Positions 43,856-57,872 of a stretch of 64,000 nt of DNA are shown piece by piece. The position numbers were made by a program, and so were the translations under genes. This DNA comes from a virus (Duplodnaviria > Heunggongvirae > Uroviricota > Caudoviricetes). The notes under the pieces are model-generated. The model made no database searches. It saw only the letters and a list, made by a program, of their open reading frames with translations, and was not told the origin of the DNA. Position 1 is the first letter of the stretch. Each line of letters begins with the position of its first letter. The stretch is from IMG/VR virus record IMGVR_UViG_3300033463_000003; one strand, 5' to 3'.

Positions 43856-45286
43856 ATGGCAAACTCTAAATTTGAAAGAGCTAATATTATAAATAATTAT
43901 TATGCTATTCAAAGCTCTTATATTAAAATCTATCCAAGTGCTTATAGATCTAATGATTATGATGCCGGTGCTAGATTAAACTTAGAAGAAAACTTTGTAG
44001 CACAATCTAGACAAGGCAATAAAAATTATATTCAAAGCTGGGAAGATGGCCTTTTAATATGCTTTATTGGTGGTTATCTATTTAAGATTAGTGTTACAAC
44101 AGGTGAAATTGACTCAGATACAAGATGGTTAAATATTAGAACTAAAAACTTTCAATTAGTTGGCAGTGGCTCAGTGTCTGGCCAAGTTAATACAACTGTT
44201 CTTCGCAACTGGTATAACAATCCAGGCACATTAACTGACTATTATCTTGATGCAAAATTAGGCGATGGTGAAACAGCCCCATACTACTTTGTTGGTGCAT
44301 GTTTTTCTAGTGCTCCAGCTGTTGTTGAAAATGATAATACAATTATTTCATTAGATTTAAAGGCGCCATCAAGTAGAATGCCATATGATGCTGAAGAAGT
44401 TGCTAGTATATTAAGGAAAGATGCTGACACACGTTCTATCGCTACAAACTTAGTTAATGGTATTGCTGCAAGTAATAATTCTGATAAGAATTATTTTAAT
44501 GATACTTCTATTACAAATATATATTATAATAACAATGATAATAAAAATGCTGCAGCTGCTAATACACTTAATAAAACAAGATATTCATTCCTTTTTGGTA
44601 AAACAGTTTCTATTGAAGGAATAAATAGTAGTACAGCTGACTATGATTTTGTTTTAGGAAGAGAAAACCATATTACTAATGCTGGCAAATATGACACCCT
44701 CTTAGGGCAATATTTAAACTCACAATATAATAATCAATTTATTATTGGTAAATATAATAATAATACATCAGGTAATGTTTTTGAAATTGGCTGAGGAAGT
44801 GGCACTAGTGGTGCAGCAGATGAACGAAAAAATATCTTTGAAGTTAATAATAGTGGTAATGTATCTGCTAAAGGTACACTAGCTATTGGTGCAGATGTAA
44901 ATGAAAGCACATTATTAACGAATGTAGTATTAACTGTAAATAAAGGCTCTATTGATGTTTTTGGTGGTGGTGCTTTTGGTGGTGCTGGAACTTTTGGAGG
45001 TACCCTCGGTGTCACAGGGGCAACAACACTTGGCTCAACACTTGAAGTTACTAGTGTTACTACCCTTCATAATAATCTACTTATAACTAATGGTGATTTA
45101 GCGGTTCAAGATGGTAATGTTGGAATTATGGGAACATTAGCAGTTTCTAGTACTTCTAATTTACAAGGTGAAGTTTCTATTGACCATACAACTTTAAATT
45201 TACATAAAAATACTACTACTAATAACTATGATATAATTTTTAACTATAATATAAACGATAAATGCTTAGAAATTAAAGTAATATAA
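43856..45286 (+). CDS. Tail fibre protein A1 (proximal)
   Basis: TGA at 44792. G-rich beta repeats. N-terminus is paralogous to 49585. Confidence 0.7.
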
Positions 45287-45295
45287 GGTGCGATA

Positions 45296-48200
45296 ATGGG
45301 ACTATTACATTGGTGAACATTAAATAATACGTTAGAAGATAAAGTAGGTGATCTTACTTTAGTAAATTGGCATAATGCCACTTTTAGTAGTGGTAAAGTA
45401 ACAACATATTCTGGCCAAACAACTAGAGGAAGCTCTAATAACACTGAAAAGACTTTTTATCATGCAGTTGATTTTACTTCAGTTAGTACTAGTCTATCAG
45501 TAAGTTTTTGAATAAACATTAATAGCGACCTTACTTCTGGTTATTGTAGCCCATTTTTAATTGGCCCATGAAGCGCTTATGAATGGCCAACTGTTCGTTT
45601 TGGTTTAGTTTATTATTATGCGAGCAATAAATTAGTATTTGCTATTGCAGATGGTACTAACTATGCACTTGCTGATTCTTCTTCTACTAATATTACATTA
45701 AGTAGACATACATGATATCATATTACTGCAGTATATAATTATAGAAATAGCATTAGTTTATATGTTAACGGTCAAAAAGTTGCAGAAACTACTACTACTC
45801 TTGTACCTACTTTAACTGATTATTATTGTATTGGTGGTAATGCCACACAATGCTATGCTTTTAATGGATTAATTAATGATGTTCGTATTTATAATGAAGC
45901 TTTAAGTGAATTTGAAATTAAGGAACTTGCAAAAGGTCTTTGTTTACATTATACTTTTGACAGTGAAGAAAGCAATCTTTTAACCTCAGATATTACATTA
46001 GAAAATGGTGTAACTATCGACAATACAAGCCATCCATTTCCAGGGCATGGCCCAATTTATAAACTAACACAATCAGGTAATTTAAGTAATGTTTATAAAG
46101 GCATATATGAGACTGTTTCTAATGTTAAACCTGGTGATAAAATTACATTATCTTGTTGAATTTATACTGAAAATAAAGCGAGCTGTGATGCTGCACCAGA
46201 ACTAAGATGCTACCAAATTAAGTCTGGTGGGGGATCAACAAACTGGTATGGTCTTAACTGGCTAGACGATCAGATAGATGGCAAATGATGTTATTATTCT
46301 ATACAATATACCCTAGACTCAGATATGGCAACCACTATTTTTAGTGCTAATATTGTTAAAAATGGTACATATTGGATTACAGGAATTAAAGTTGAATATG
46401 GCACGACTGCTACACCATGAACTGGTTTTAAAAATATATCATCAATACCAACAAATCTTGTTTCATCGATTGAATCAAGCTTTAAACAGAATATAGTTAT
46501 AGATGGCATAAATGCTGTACATACTAATGGTAATAATACAGATACATATTTTAAAATAAATTTAAATAAACCATTGATACCAGGAAAAAAGTATTATATT
46601 AAATGTAATGTAAGTGGTTTTAATAATAATAAACAATTTTGAAGATTTGGTATTTGTGCACAAAGCTACTCAAACTTAAACAGTATTACTTTTCAAAATG
46701 GTGAATGTGAAGGTATTTTTGAGTATAAAGATTCACAATGAACTACACCAACACAAATATTATTAGATGATTATACTACATCATCTGGCCTATCAAGAGC
46801 AATATATATTTATATTACTAATATAGAAATATATGAATTACCTTATTTAATTGATGAAACAGGCTATAGAAATAATGCTTTAGTTATTGCTGAACCATTA
46901 AAAATTAAAGCAGACAATGACGTATGTTATTATGCTGCTAAATCAGATGGTGAATCAAAAGTTATAACACATAAACTACCTTTTACGAGTACTGGCTTTA
47001 CAGTTGCTATTTGAGTTAAAGATTCCTATGAAACTGCAAGTGATTGGTGGTGTGGACTTGAGTCAAGCGATAATAATATGTATGTAAACTTTGGCCCTAA
47101 TGGCACAAAAGAAGTTCAATTTGCAGTATTTAAACATACTAATGGCGACTTATATCAAACTATACAAACTCCAGACCAAGCTGACAAAAATAATTGGGTA
47201 CATTGAGTTGGCACTTTTGATGGTAGCAAAGCAAGGCTATATAAGAATGGTATAAAAGTTCAAGAAACAACAACTGTTGGAAGCTATAATGATCTTGCTG
47301 CTATAGATTGTTCATATCTCTTTGGAAGCCCAGGAAAAATGACAACAGAAGAAATTGCTGATTTTAGACTTTATACAACTAAATTTTCTGATGAAGATGT
47401 TAAAAAACTATATCAAAACTCAGCTATTATTGATAATAAATATAATTTGTATTCAAACTGTATTTGTGAAAAACCTGATAATACTTCTGAAATTAAAGTT
47501 AGAAAAAATAGTATTGAATTAAAAAATAATATTAGTGAAAACTTTTTTAGTCATGCTACTATTTTAGAATATATTGAATCAACTGGAACTCAATATATTG
47601 ACACTGGTATTACTGCAAGCTCAACCAATAAATACATATTAAAGATAAGTAAACAAACAGAGGCTGGCGGTATTTTAGGAAGTGATGACCACTGAGGTGG
47701 CTTCTTTATGTATAATCTAGCTCAAAATAGATTTTGTTTCCACCTACCAAATAAACAATTTAATATAACTGGTATAACAGATGAAATTCTTGATATCAAT
47801 TGCTCTCCTAATGGTCTAGTTATCAATGAACAAAGTGGAACAGAGGCCTCTGATAATAATTCATATGCAGGCACTTTAAAACTTTATCCAAAGTATCAAG
47901 GTGGCTATTTAAGAGGTAAGTTTAAACTATATTACTGCAAATTATATGATAATGATACTATAGTAAGAGACTTTGTTCCTTGTTATGACTTTGATTCTGA
48001 ACAAGCTGGCTTATATGATTTTATTAGTGGTGAATTTTATACTAACCAAGGAACTGGTGAATTTATTGCTGGAAATCCAAAAGTACCAGATGAATATCAA
48101 AATGTAGAATATATTGGAACTGGTGATAGCCAATATATAAATACTAATTCTTATGTTACACCAAATACAGCTTGGGAACTTACCTTTAGCTTAAATAATG

Positions 48201-48760
48201 ATGATTTTTATAAACAAATTGCTGGTATGGTAGGATCACCAACATCACAAATTACAATATATTCTACTACTGGTAGCCCTGACGCCCAAAGAGTAATTGC
48301 TGTTCAGCATCAAGATTATGATGGTCCTTTTGCATATATAAATATTGACCAAAATAAACATAGAGTGTATCTATCATCTGGCAAGCAAGCAGTTGATGAT
48401 ATTGTTGTAAATAACACAAATGTAACTGTAGCATCTACTACACCAATATTAATTGGCTGTAGATATCAGAGTGGCCCAAGCGGCGATTGTAATGCTAAAT
48501 TCTATGCCTGTAAAATTTGGGAAGATAATACTCTAATCAAATATCTTGTTCCATGTTATAGAAAGTCAGACACTAAACGTGGAATGTATGATATAATTGA
48601 AAATGTATTTTATACTAATAACAGAGGTGGTAGTAGTGTTCCTGACTTTACTTATGGTGAAGCTACTGACTATGGTGATATTCCAGAAAAAATAACAATA
48701 GATAAATTAAAGATATATAAAGATAAAACACTTAGAGTAAATAAGATAGGAGAATTCTAA
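45296..48760 (+). CDS. Tail adhesin B1, 1154 aa: LamG/concanavalin-like domains, a carbohydrate-binding-like domain, and 2 YIESTGTQYIDTG-type repeats
   Basis: Single frame with many TGAs. Motifs SVSF[W]I, T[W]YHITAVY, LYVNG, INDVRIYNEALS, KVEYGTTATP[W]. Confidence 0.8.
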
Positions 48761-48762
48761 TT

Positions 48763-49446
48763 ATGGCACAACTTAATTCAACAACTGTTCATGGCAAACT
48801 TGTTATTACTGATGATACAAGAATAAGTGGTGATTTAACAGCAAGTGGTACACTAACAGCTAATGATAATTTACAAGTATCTGGTAATAGTACTATTACT
48901 GGCACATTAGCAGCTAATGGTGGAATGGTAGTAAAAGAAGGCACAAGTCTACTTTTACAAGATAGTAATACTCCTGGTAATGAAGCAAAACTCCTAGTTG
49001 GCAATGATGCTTATATTCATGACTGTGATATAGAATTTTGTATTGGTATTAATGGACAAGGCAATGATAATGGTAAAGGTGGTATTATTTTTGGTAATAA
49101 TACAAGCAAGGGGTATCTTAAATTTGATGGGAATTTCTTTAACTTTGGAGCATATATCCAAGCACCATCATTTACTGCCACCTCAGATGTTCGCTTAAAA
49201 GAAAATCTTATTGTGTTTAAACCAGAAAAATCAATCTTAGACTTGCCTATTTATAAATTCGATTTTATTGCTGGAACTAGAAATAATATTGGTTGCTTAG
49301 CACAAGACTTACAAGAAATCTGCCCTGAAATTGTGCATGGAGGAACTGATGGATATTTAAGTATTGAAGAAAGCAAGCTTGTATATTTACTCTTAGATGA
49401 AGTTAAAAAACTAAAGGCTGAAGTTGAAGAGCTAAAAAATAAATAA
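48763..49446 (+). CDS. Tail fibre protein C1 with a peptidase S74-like intramolecular chaperone
   Basis: TSDVRLKENL...GCLAQDLQEICPEIV followed by a coiled coil. Confidence 0.8.
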   Translation: MAQLNSTTVHGKLVITDDTRISGDLTASGTLTANDNLQVSGNSTITGTLAANGGMVVKEGTSLLLQDSNTPGNEAKLLVGNDAYIHDCDIEFCIGINGQGNDNGKGGIIFGNNTSKGYLKFDGNFFNFGAYIQAPSFTATSDVRLKENLIVFKPEKSILDLPIYKFDFIAGTRNNIGCLAQDLQEICPEIVHGGTDGYLSIEESKLVYLLLDEVKKLKAEVEELKNK

Positions 49447-49456
49447 AGATACTATT

Positions 49457-49495
49457 AAAACCGTTTAAAAAATTAGCTAGACGGTTTTTATTTTA
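49457..49495 (+). terminator. Rho-independent terminator
   Basis: aaaaccgttta...tagacggtttt. Confidence 0.7.
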
Positions 49496-49506
49496 CTCTA
49501 CTTATC

Positions 49507-49516
49507 TGCTAAATTA
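49507..49516 (+). promoter_or_regulatory. Putative late promoter TGCTAAATTA
   Basis: Motif copy heading the second fibre cassette. Confidence 0.7.
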
Positions 49517-49584
49517 TATGAGTTTTGAAATTTATTTTTTCTTAACTGGCTACAAAAATATACTAAAAAAGGAGTTTATTATAT

Positions 49585-51762
49585 ATGGCTATTTCCTATG
49601 ATAATATAAAAACTGGCGTCTATGCAATTAATAGTAATAATATTTCTGTTTTTCCATGTGCTTACAGAGGCGCTAATATTAACAACAATAATCCATTTGA
49701 CCCAGAAGCAAAATTAAATACAGAAAGAAACTTAATTAATCTAGCTGCTCCAAAAACAAACTCCAAATATATTGAAAGCTGGAAAGATAATAAACTTCAA
49801 TTTGTTTTAGGTGGCTATCATTTTATTGTTGATTCAGAGGGTGGTTCTTTAGGCCCAAGTGGTACAACAATAAGATATGTTGCTATTAGATTAACTCCTG
49901 TTACTTTAATTGGCACTAAAACTACCCCTATCCTTGCAAATATTAAAAGTTTAGCTACATGTGAAAGTAATACTAATACTGCTTATACATATGTTCTTGA
50001 TGAAGTAAACAATGATATTTACTATTTCTACGGTTTATATTTCTTAACAAATGAGCCAACACAAGAAGATAGATATTATGACTATCTTGAATTACCAGCA
50101 AGTATGAGCTCTTGGGAAAGTCATGCAAGTAGATTTGGAATTAAATATAAAGATGTTCAAAGTAAAAAATCTGTTTGTTCTATTACTGGTGATTTAATCC
50201 AAGGCAGTGAGGCCCATTCTATTGTTAGTATTTATGGTGATACTGATTCAGATATTAACGTAAATACTGCTACTGGAAAAAATTCAGTAGCATTTGGTGT
50301 TAATACTACAGCTGGAGCAACTGGTGCATTTGCAGAGGGTAAAAATACAAATGCTAGTACTGACTATACACATGCTGAGGGTGGTTATACTTTAGTTGGT
50401 TCAGATTGAGGCCATGCTGAAGGTTTTAATACCTCAATTACAAAGCTTTCAACATCAGTTGATTATCCACATGCAGCACATACCGAAGGCCTTAATACTA
50501 AAGCACATGGTATTGGTGCACACGCTGAAGGCGGTACTGATGATGTTCCTGATAATTTACAGCCAGATGAAAATGCAGAGTTTACTATTGCTGAAGGTAA
50601 CTATTCACATGCAGAAGGCACTAAAACATATGCTAGTAATACTGCTGCACATAGTGAAGGTGATTCTACAACTGCTTCTGGCGAAGCTAGCCATGCTGAA
50701 GGTTATAGTACTAATGCTGAGGGCCCAGGATCACATGCAGAAGGCGGAAATACAATTGCCTCAAATTCATATACACATGCCGAAGGAAATAATACAGCTG
50801 CTTCTGGCTTATACTCACACGCTGAAGGTTTTTGTGATAATGCAGCTATTAAAATAGAAGGCCAAGCACAAGGACAAGCATCCCACACAGAAGGATATAA
50901 TAATAGAGCTTATGGTAACTATGCTCATGCTGAAGGTAGCTATAACAAAGCTTATACTTATGCTAGCCATGCTGAAGGTGAATCTACAATAGCCGGTGCA
51001 AGTGCAAATGATAGCAATAGCAGATATGCTCATGCAGAAGGCTTCCATACAAAAGCTATGGGACAAGCAGCTCATGCAGAGGGTGGTGATGCTACTGCTG
51101 GATCTGGACAAACACAAAATTATACAATAGCAGCTGGTGCTTACTCACATGCTGAAGGTAATAATACAAAAGCAGATGGTACTGGTACACATGCTGAAGG
51201 GCAAAATACATTAGCAGAAGGTAATGCAGCTCACAGTGAAGGTTACACAACAATTGCTGGCTATATTAATAATGGTACACATTATGGCAACTATTCACAT
51301 GCTGAAGGCTATTATACTAAGGCTCTTGGTGATGGGGCACATGCTGAAGGCGAAGGTAATGGCACTAATAAAGGAATTGCTTCTGGTAGAGCTTCTCATA
51401 GTGAAGGTTATCAAACTTTAGCATCAGGAGCTTACTCACATGCAGAAGGAAATCAAACTATAGCACAAGGTGTTTCAACCCATGTTTTTGGTGAATTTAA
51501 TATAGCTGATGAAACTGGCGGCCGTCCAAGGGGTAATAATTATAGTAGTTATGTTGAAGTTGTCGGTAATGGAACTGCTAGTAATGCTAAGAAAAATGCT
51601 AGAACTCTTGACTGGGATGGAAATGAAATATTAGCAAATAACTTAATGGTCAAAAATCAAGTAAAATTTCATAATAAAACATTTGATTCTTATAATATGA
51701 CTCCTGAAGCTACTATAGAATATGATGCAACACGACAAGTAATAAAATTTAAATTCAATTAA
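49585..51762 (+). CDS. Tail fibre protein A2 with YadA-head-like (S/A)HAEG repeats, 725 aa
   Basis: A single TGA at 50407 joins the ORFs. About 20 HAEG/HSEG/HTEG repeats with roughly 14-aa period. Confidence 0.8.
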
Positions 51763-51791
51763 TTATATATAAAAAGGAAAGGTAATTTTTA

Positions 51792-54700
51792 ATGAGTCTA
51801 CAAATTTGGCTTCCATTAAATAATGATATAAAAAATTATGGCACAGACCATAATGTTGTTTTTAGCAATAGAGTTGAAGCAACATCTATTTCTGGTGGTA
51901 AAGTAACTAAAAACTGCTACTATTTTACTCCTGAGGGGCATGACCGTGGTACTGACTATGGCCTATATACTACAAACTCTGGTTCTTTAGCCACATATTT
52001 TAATGATCACTCATGGACAATGGCTTTTTGAATTAAAACAGGTGTTAGTATACAAAGTGATGTTTTTTGTATTAGTGGTCCAGACTCAGAAAAAAACTAT
52101 GAAACAAGATGCTATATTGCTGGCGAAGCTGATGTTGGTAGATTTGTTTTTGAAGTTAAAGATGGAAACACATATAGGTACCCTAGCACAGATGATATAG
52201 CAGTTAATGACAGTAATTGGCACCATATTACTATTGCATATGACTATAATAAAAATAAATTTTATTGCTACTGTGATGGAGTTTTAAAAACGGCTCCTCA
52301 ACTTACTAATGGTACATTTAATAAAAATATTACTGGCATAAGCATTGGTAGAAATTATGCTGGTAATATATGGTTTGATGGTTTCATTAATGATTTCAGA
52401 ATTTATGACCATGCTTTGTCATCAGAAGAAGTACTAGAATTATCACAAGGTTTGGTTGCTCATTATTCTTTTAACTGGGAAGAGTTTTATCAACCAATTG
52501 AATATATTGAAAGTACTGGTACTCAATATATTGATACTGATATTAAATTTAATACAGGAAATACTTATGAATTAAGATCAAAAATAGAGTTTGATAATGT
52601 CACTGAACCAAACCAAATTATTGGCTATGATGGTCACGCTGGAAATGGTATTGGAACATCCACTAACACTTGATGGTTAGATAATGCTGCTAGTGTTTCT
52701 TGTAGTACCAATACTATTTATGATATAATTTGGACTCGTAGTGATACTAGCTGAACAAGAACAATAAATGGAACAAGCTATTCTGGAAGTGCTCAAATTG
52801 GCTCACAAACATATAATATCCCAATTTATTTATTTGCAACACGTAAACCAGATGCAACACCAGCATATAGTATTGGCTATTGGTGCTATATGAAAATGTA
52901 TTATTGCAAACTTTATGAAAATAATACTATTGTTCGTGATTTTATTCCTGTAATAAGAAAAATAGACCACAAACCAGGACTTTTTGACTTAGTAGAAAAT
53001 AAATTCTATGGCAATGATGGTACTGGTGAATTTAAATACCCAAATTCTAATGCTGAATATGAATTTTTAGAATATATTGAATCAGGTGACCACCAATATA
53101 TAGATACTGGCTGGATACCTAATTTTGATGTTAGTTGAAAAGTTGAAGCAGTTGTAAGCATTCCAGATAATAGATATAGATATTGTATTGTATCAAATGC
53201 TAATGCACAGACTGCTACTGCTAATGAAAAAGAAGTCAGCCTAGAAATTAATGATGCTAATAATAGTTCTGAACCAAATGTAATTTGTGATGGCCGCCCA
53301 AGATTCTACATAAATGGTGGTGATACTCAAGGATATGGTATTGCTCTGGTTCCACCAGGTGGCTCGTCAACAATAACTAACAATAAAAAAGCTAATGTTG
53401 AGTACTCATATAACGCATCTACACATGATTGCTATGTAAGTTACCGTAATCTTGATGGAAGTGGTGAAAGTTCAAATAGTGTATCTAAAACATTTTCTGG
53501 GCAGTCACAATCTAGCACAATGCTTTTATTCATAGATAGAAAAAAACGTTATGATGTTTTTAATCATTCTCTTAGAATATATAGCTGTAAAATAACAGAA
53601 AACGGTAAAGTAGTTAGAGACTATGTTCCAGCAAGAAGAAAATCAGATGATAAAACTGGAATGTTTGATATGGTACATAGTGAATTTGCTAATTCAACTA
53701 GTGGTTTTACTACGCCTACTGATTACACTACACCGACTGACTATAAGTTTATTGACTATATTGAAACAAGTGGTACACAATATATTGATACCGGTTTTAA
53801 TCCATATAATAAAAACACTACTGTTGAATTAGATGCCCAAGTATTAAATGTTACTAGCTCACAAAATTTATATCAATTTTTTGGTTGTTTTGACCAAATT
53901 GTTCGTTTCCATATTGGCCTTTATAATAATGGAGCTGGTTTCCACCCAGGCATAGGAAGTGCATATGATACTAATGCTTATAACTATGATACTGACAGAC
54001 ATAAATTTAGTCTAATTAGTAACAGTGAAGAAAGAGCATTTTATGTAGATGGCATTTCAAAATGAACAACAACCAATACTGCTACACTACCAAATCTAAA
54101 TGTGTATATTGGCGCTGGTAATTGAAGCGGAACTGCAACAAGTGATACTCACTGAGGCTATACAGGCAGTTCTAGAATTTATGGCTGTAAAATTTGGAAT
54201 GATACTTCATTAGCTCATAATTTTATTCCAGCAATTAGGCTTAATGATAATAAACCTGGATTATATGATTTAGTTAGTAATAGCTTTAAACCAAACCTAG
54301 GTGATGGTGAATTTGATTCACCAGCTTTATATCACCCAGTAGATTATATTGCTTCAACTGGAACACAATATATTGATACTGGATATGCTTATAATAATAG
54401 TAATGATAATGCTAGAATTGTTGTTGATTGGTCTGCTATTGACCTATCAAATGGAAATTACTTTGAATATCGTGTTGGTGGAGCTCAAAGTGACAGTCGT
54501 TCAATGGTTTTATATGGTACACCATCAACATCAACAGAATTAAGATTAGGTGTTGGATCAGATGTTGGTAGTACTTCAGGTGATATTGCACTTAAAGATG
54601 CCAACAACAATGACATTAAAATACTTAAAGGCACAAGATATTTAATTGATGTTACAGCAAAAAATAAAAATATTGGTGGAACATTAAATGGAAGTACAAT

Positions 54701-56915
54701 TAGCGGCACATATCCTGGAACTGTTGGTAGCACAGCAAATTATTATATATTTGCTAATAATGAAAATGGCACTGTTGGATATAATGGTAGAGTAAAAATT
54801 TATAAATATCAATTATATGATAATGGCACTTTAGTAAGAGACTTTATTCCTGTAGTTAGAATATATGATAATAAGCCCGGCCTTTGGGAAAAAGTAGAAG
54901 GTAAATTTTATACTAACCAAGGAACAGGGGAATTTATTTGGAGTAGCTCTATTGATAGTCATGGTACAACTAGTAATGGTACATTATATGTAGATAGACA
55001 AAAGTTAACTGCTAGCTATCTTGGCTATGGAAACTGGCGCTCTGGGCTTGCTTGTAGAAATAAATATAGTAAATGCTCTACTGGTTTTACTGTCTATGAT
55101 ACTGTTAGTCATGTTATGGCCAACTTATGTACATCAAATAATTTTAGTGATAATAATAATGAGCTTTGAAAGTCTGGTTATGGAATTTATGCTGGTGGCA
55201 GCTCTCAGTGGATATATTATGCTGATTTTGGTGAGTGTCAGACAATAAATGATAGCAATAATAACCCAATTTCATATCAAGCTGGTGATAGACTTAAAAT
55301 TATACTAAATAATAACAAAGTCTATTACTACAAAAATGATCAAATAATACGTACAGTAAATAATACACATGGAGATCTTTATCCTGTGCTTTTATGCACC
55401 ACTGATGCTATAAATAATTACTTAGATATTGCTTTAACAACACTTCCAAGCCCAGTAGATGTAATAAAACCAATAAAAGATAATAGTGGCTATAATAATG
55501 ATATATCTGCATTTACCCCAGATTTAACAACAAGTAATGATACAGCTTTAGGAAATCAAAGCTTAGTATTTGATGAAACGAACTACCTTAAAAGTAGCTT
55601 AGATAGCTCATTTATTAAAGATAAGCTTACAACAAATATTTTAGTTTATAAAAATGATTGAAGCAATAATGTTAGTGAACAAATTATAGCTTGCTCAAAA
55701 GATAATACAATTGGAGCAACCTATAATGGTTGAAGCTTTGCTATTGGTTCCAATTCAGCAAGTGAAACAGGAACTGGCACATATTTAAAATTTGTAGTTG
55801 ATGCAGGAGCTGCTCATGCACAAGCAGCAAAACTAGACATATCTAGCTTAACATCAGGCTGGCATATGTTTACAGGAACATATGATTCTTTTATGGGCAC
55901 AGGCAACACAACAGGAAATTCATATGTTAAATTATATATTGATGGAAATCTTGCCGATACCGATATAATATCAAGTGCTCCAGCAATGCCAATTAACTAT
56001 GTTTCATCACATAATGTAACTATTGGTGCTAGATATAATAGAACTAATTATACAGTTACTGATTACTTTAATGGAAAAATTGCAGATGTTAAAATTTGGG
56101 CAACAACTTTATCAGCAGAAGATATTAAAGACCTATATGAAACAAAAGCAAAGATATATAATAACAATATTTTTGCTGCTAATAATATAAAAGCTATTGA
56201 CCAAGAGGCTATTAAAACATTTGTACCTGAACGTATAGCTGGTCATGGTAGTGGTGTAGTACTTAGTAAGCTTGGTGAAAACTGATATGAAGTGCTTAAA
56301 CCTGCTAACCTTAAATTTGGTGGCATTCAAATTCCTTGAAGATACCCTGATAGAGATGACGGAACACCTATTAACTTTACTGCTGGCCATTATTATAAGC
56401 TAAGTTTTGAAACATTACAAAGCTATAGCAGCGATTACTCAGAGATATGTAAATATATTCGTGGACACTCTAATGGTTTTACTACTATTGGAATTTATAT
56501 TGATGGACAAAAAGCTATAAATGATCTTTGGCATGTTACTAATAACTTAAACCCAACAGGTATTAATTTAAAACTTGAACGTTTATATGCAAGATGGAAA
56601 CACTATGATGTATACTTATTATATAATGCTAATTCGCCGGATGGTAATAATGGTCTATATATTCAACCAGAAAGAGGTAATACAGAAGCTCCTGCAAGTA
56701 ATACCCAGTATAGAAATATAGAACTTACTGACTATGGAACTACTGAGCCAATATTTAAAGAGTCAGAAGTAGCAACAATAACTTCTGAGCTTAAAGTAGA
56801 TAATGTTGCTTCACTACAATGAATTCAAACAACTACAGAAGGTTCACCAAATAAAAATTCAGTATATGTTGGTAAGAATAGAACATTAGTAGCCGCAGAT
56901 ATAAAAGAAATATAA
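51792..56915 (+). CDS. Tail adhesin B2, 1707 aa: LamG-like domains and 4 YIESTGTQYIDTG-type repeats
   Basis: All sub-ORFs lie in one frame, and the gaps contain only TGA. Ends TAA 56913-56915. Paralogous to 45296. Confidence 0.8.
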
Positions 56916-56927
56916 ACTAAGCTGACG

Positions 56928-57733
56928 ACTATATATAAAGAAAGCTGGGAACAAAAAAATTCCTGGCTTTTTATTTTATTCACTTTCCTCCCACTAACTA
57001 TATATAAAAAGAAGAGAAAAGTATTTGTTAGTTAATATATATAATGGAGCTATATAAAGGAAAGAGTATATATTAAAAAAAGAAAGAGTAATTAGATATA
57101 TAGTAATTATAAGTAAAGAAAGCATACTATATATAAGAGGGGAAGAGGTGAACTTATATATAGGAAACACAGGGGAAGCTATATATAAGAAGAATAAGGG
57201 AAAAATGACTTACAGAATAGAGCTTAAAATGCTATATAGGAAGAATAGGCAAAAGCAGGAAAAAAGGCCTACTTACTATATATAAGTAAGTAGAGGCTAG
57301 GGTGGCTTTTTTGGCGAAGTTACAGATTTTTTCGTTTTTGTTTTTTGGAATATTAGCTAAAATAAATGAAGGATGTAAAAAGTCAGTGGCGGAGCTATAC
57401 CCTCTTTAAGCCTTCAACACCTAGTATATGCTCGTTAAAGCTGCTGTTCACATATCACCATTACCTTGCTTTAGGGCTGGGTAATTTTTTTTATAAGCTG
57501 AATTTTTTTATAATAAGCCAGGAAGGAAAGCTAAACCCACTAAGCTTTTGTTCACTAGAGCCTGGGCCAGAAAAGTTTTTGTCCTTAGAGTCCCAAGAAA
57601 AATTCTACAAGCTTAGGACAATTAGCTGCTGGCCCACCACTCGCTTCTATATATATATGTATTCTATCTATATGCATTATCCTATATATACTTACTACTA
57701 CTAAAAATATATTCAACTTATTTTTTTATATAG
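56928..57733. repeat. Non-coding region with dispersed CTATATA(TA) repeats and a palindrome
   Basis: About 10 TATATA-core copies in purine-rich context at 56928-57290, a few in pyrimidine-rich context at 57646-57733, and the hairpin ctacttact-atatata-agtaagtag at 57269-57293. Confidence 0.6.
56941..56980 (+). terminator. Rho-independent terminator
   Basis: aaagctgggaa...ttcctggcttt plus T-rich tail. Confidence 0.65.
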
Positions 57734-57764
57734 TCTCGGGAAGAAAAACTATTTGACCTTCTTC

Positions 57765-57774
57765 TGCTAAATTA
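57765..57774 (+). promoter_or_regulatory. Putative late promoter TGCTAAATTA
   Basis: Motif copy (GCTAAATTATACGAGG, identical to the 30408 context). Confidence 0.65.
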
Positions 57775-57872
57775 TACGAGGCCCAGGGATAAAAAGCTAG
57801 ACACAACATCTTACGGCCAGGTCTAGGAGAGATAGCTTTTTTGTCCAGTGAGCTCCAGTGAAAATTTTTGGT

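Noticed and set aside
56928-57300. CRISPR array
   Set aside because: The repeat core is only about 8-10 bp, degenerate and irregularly spaced, and there are no cas genes.
57366-57704. 112-aa ORF in the repeat zone
   Set aside because: Atypical codon usage, no clear RBS, and the C-terminus is translated TATA repeats. Likely spurious.
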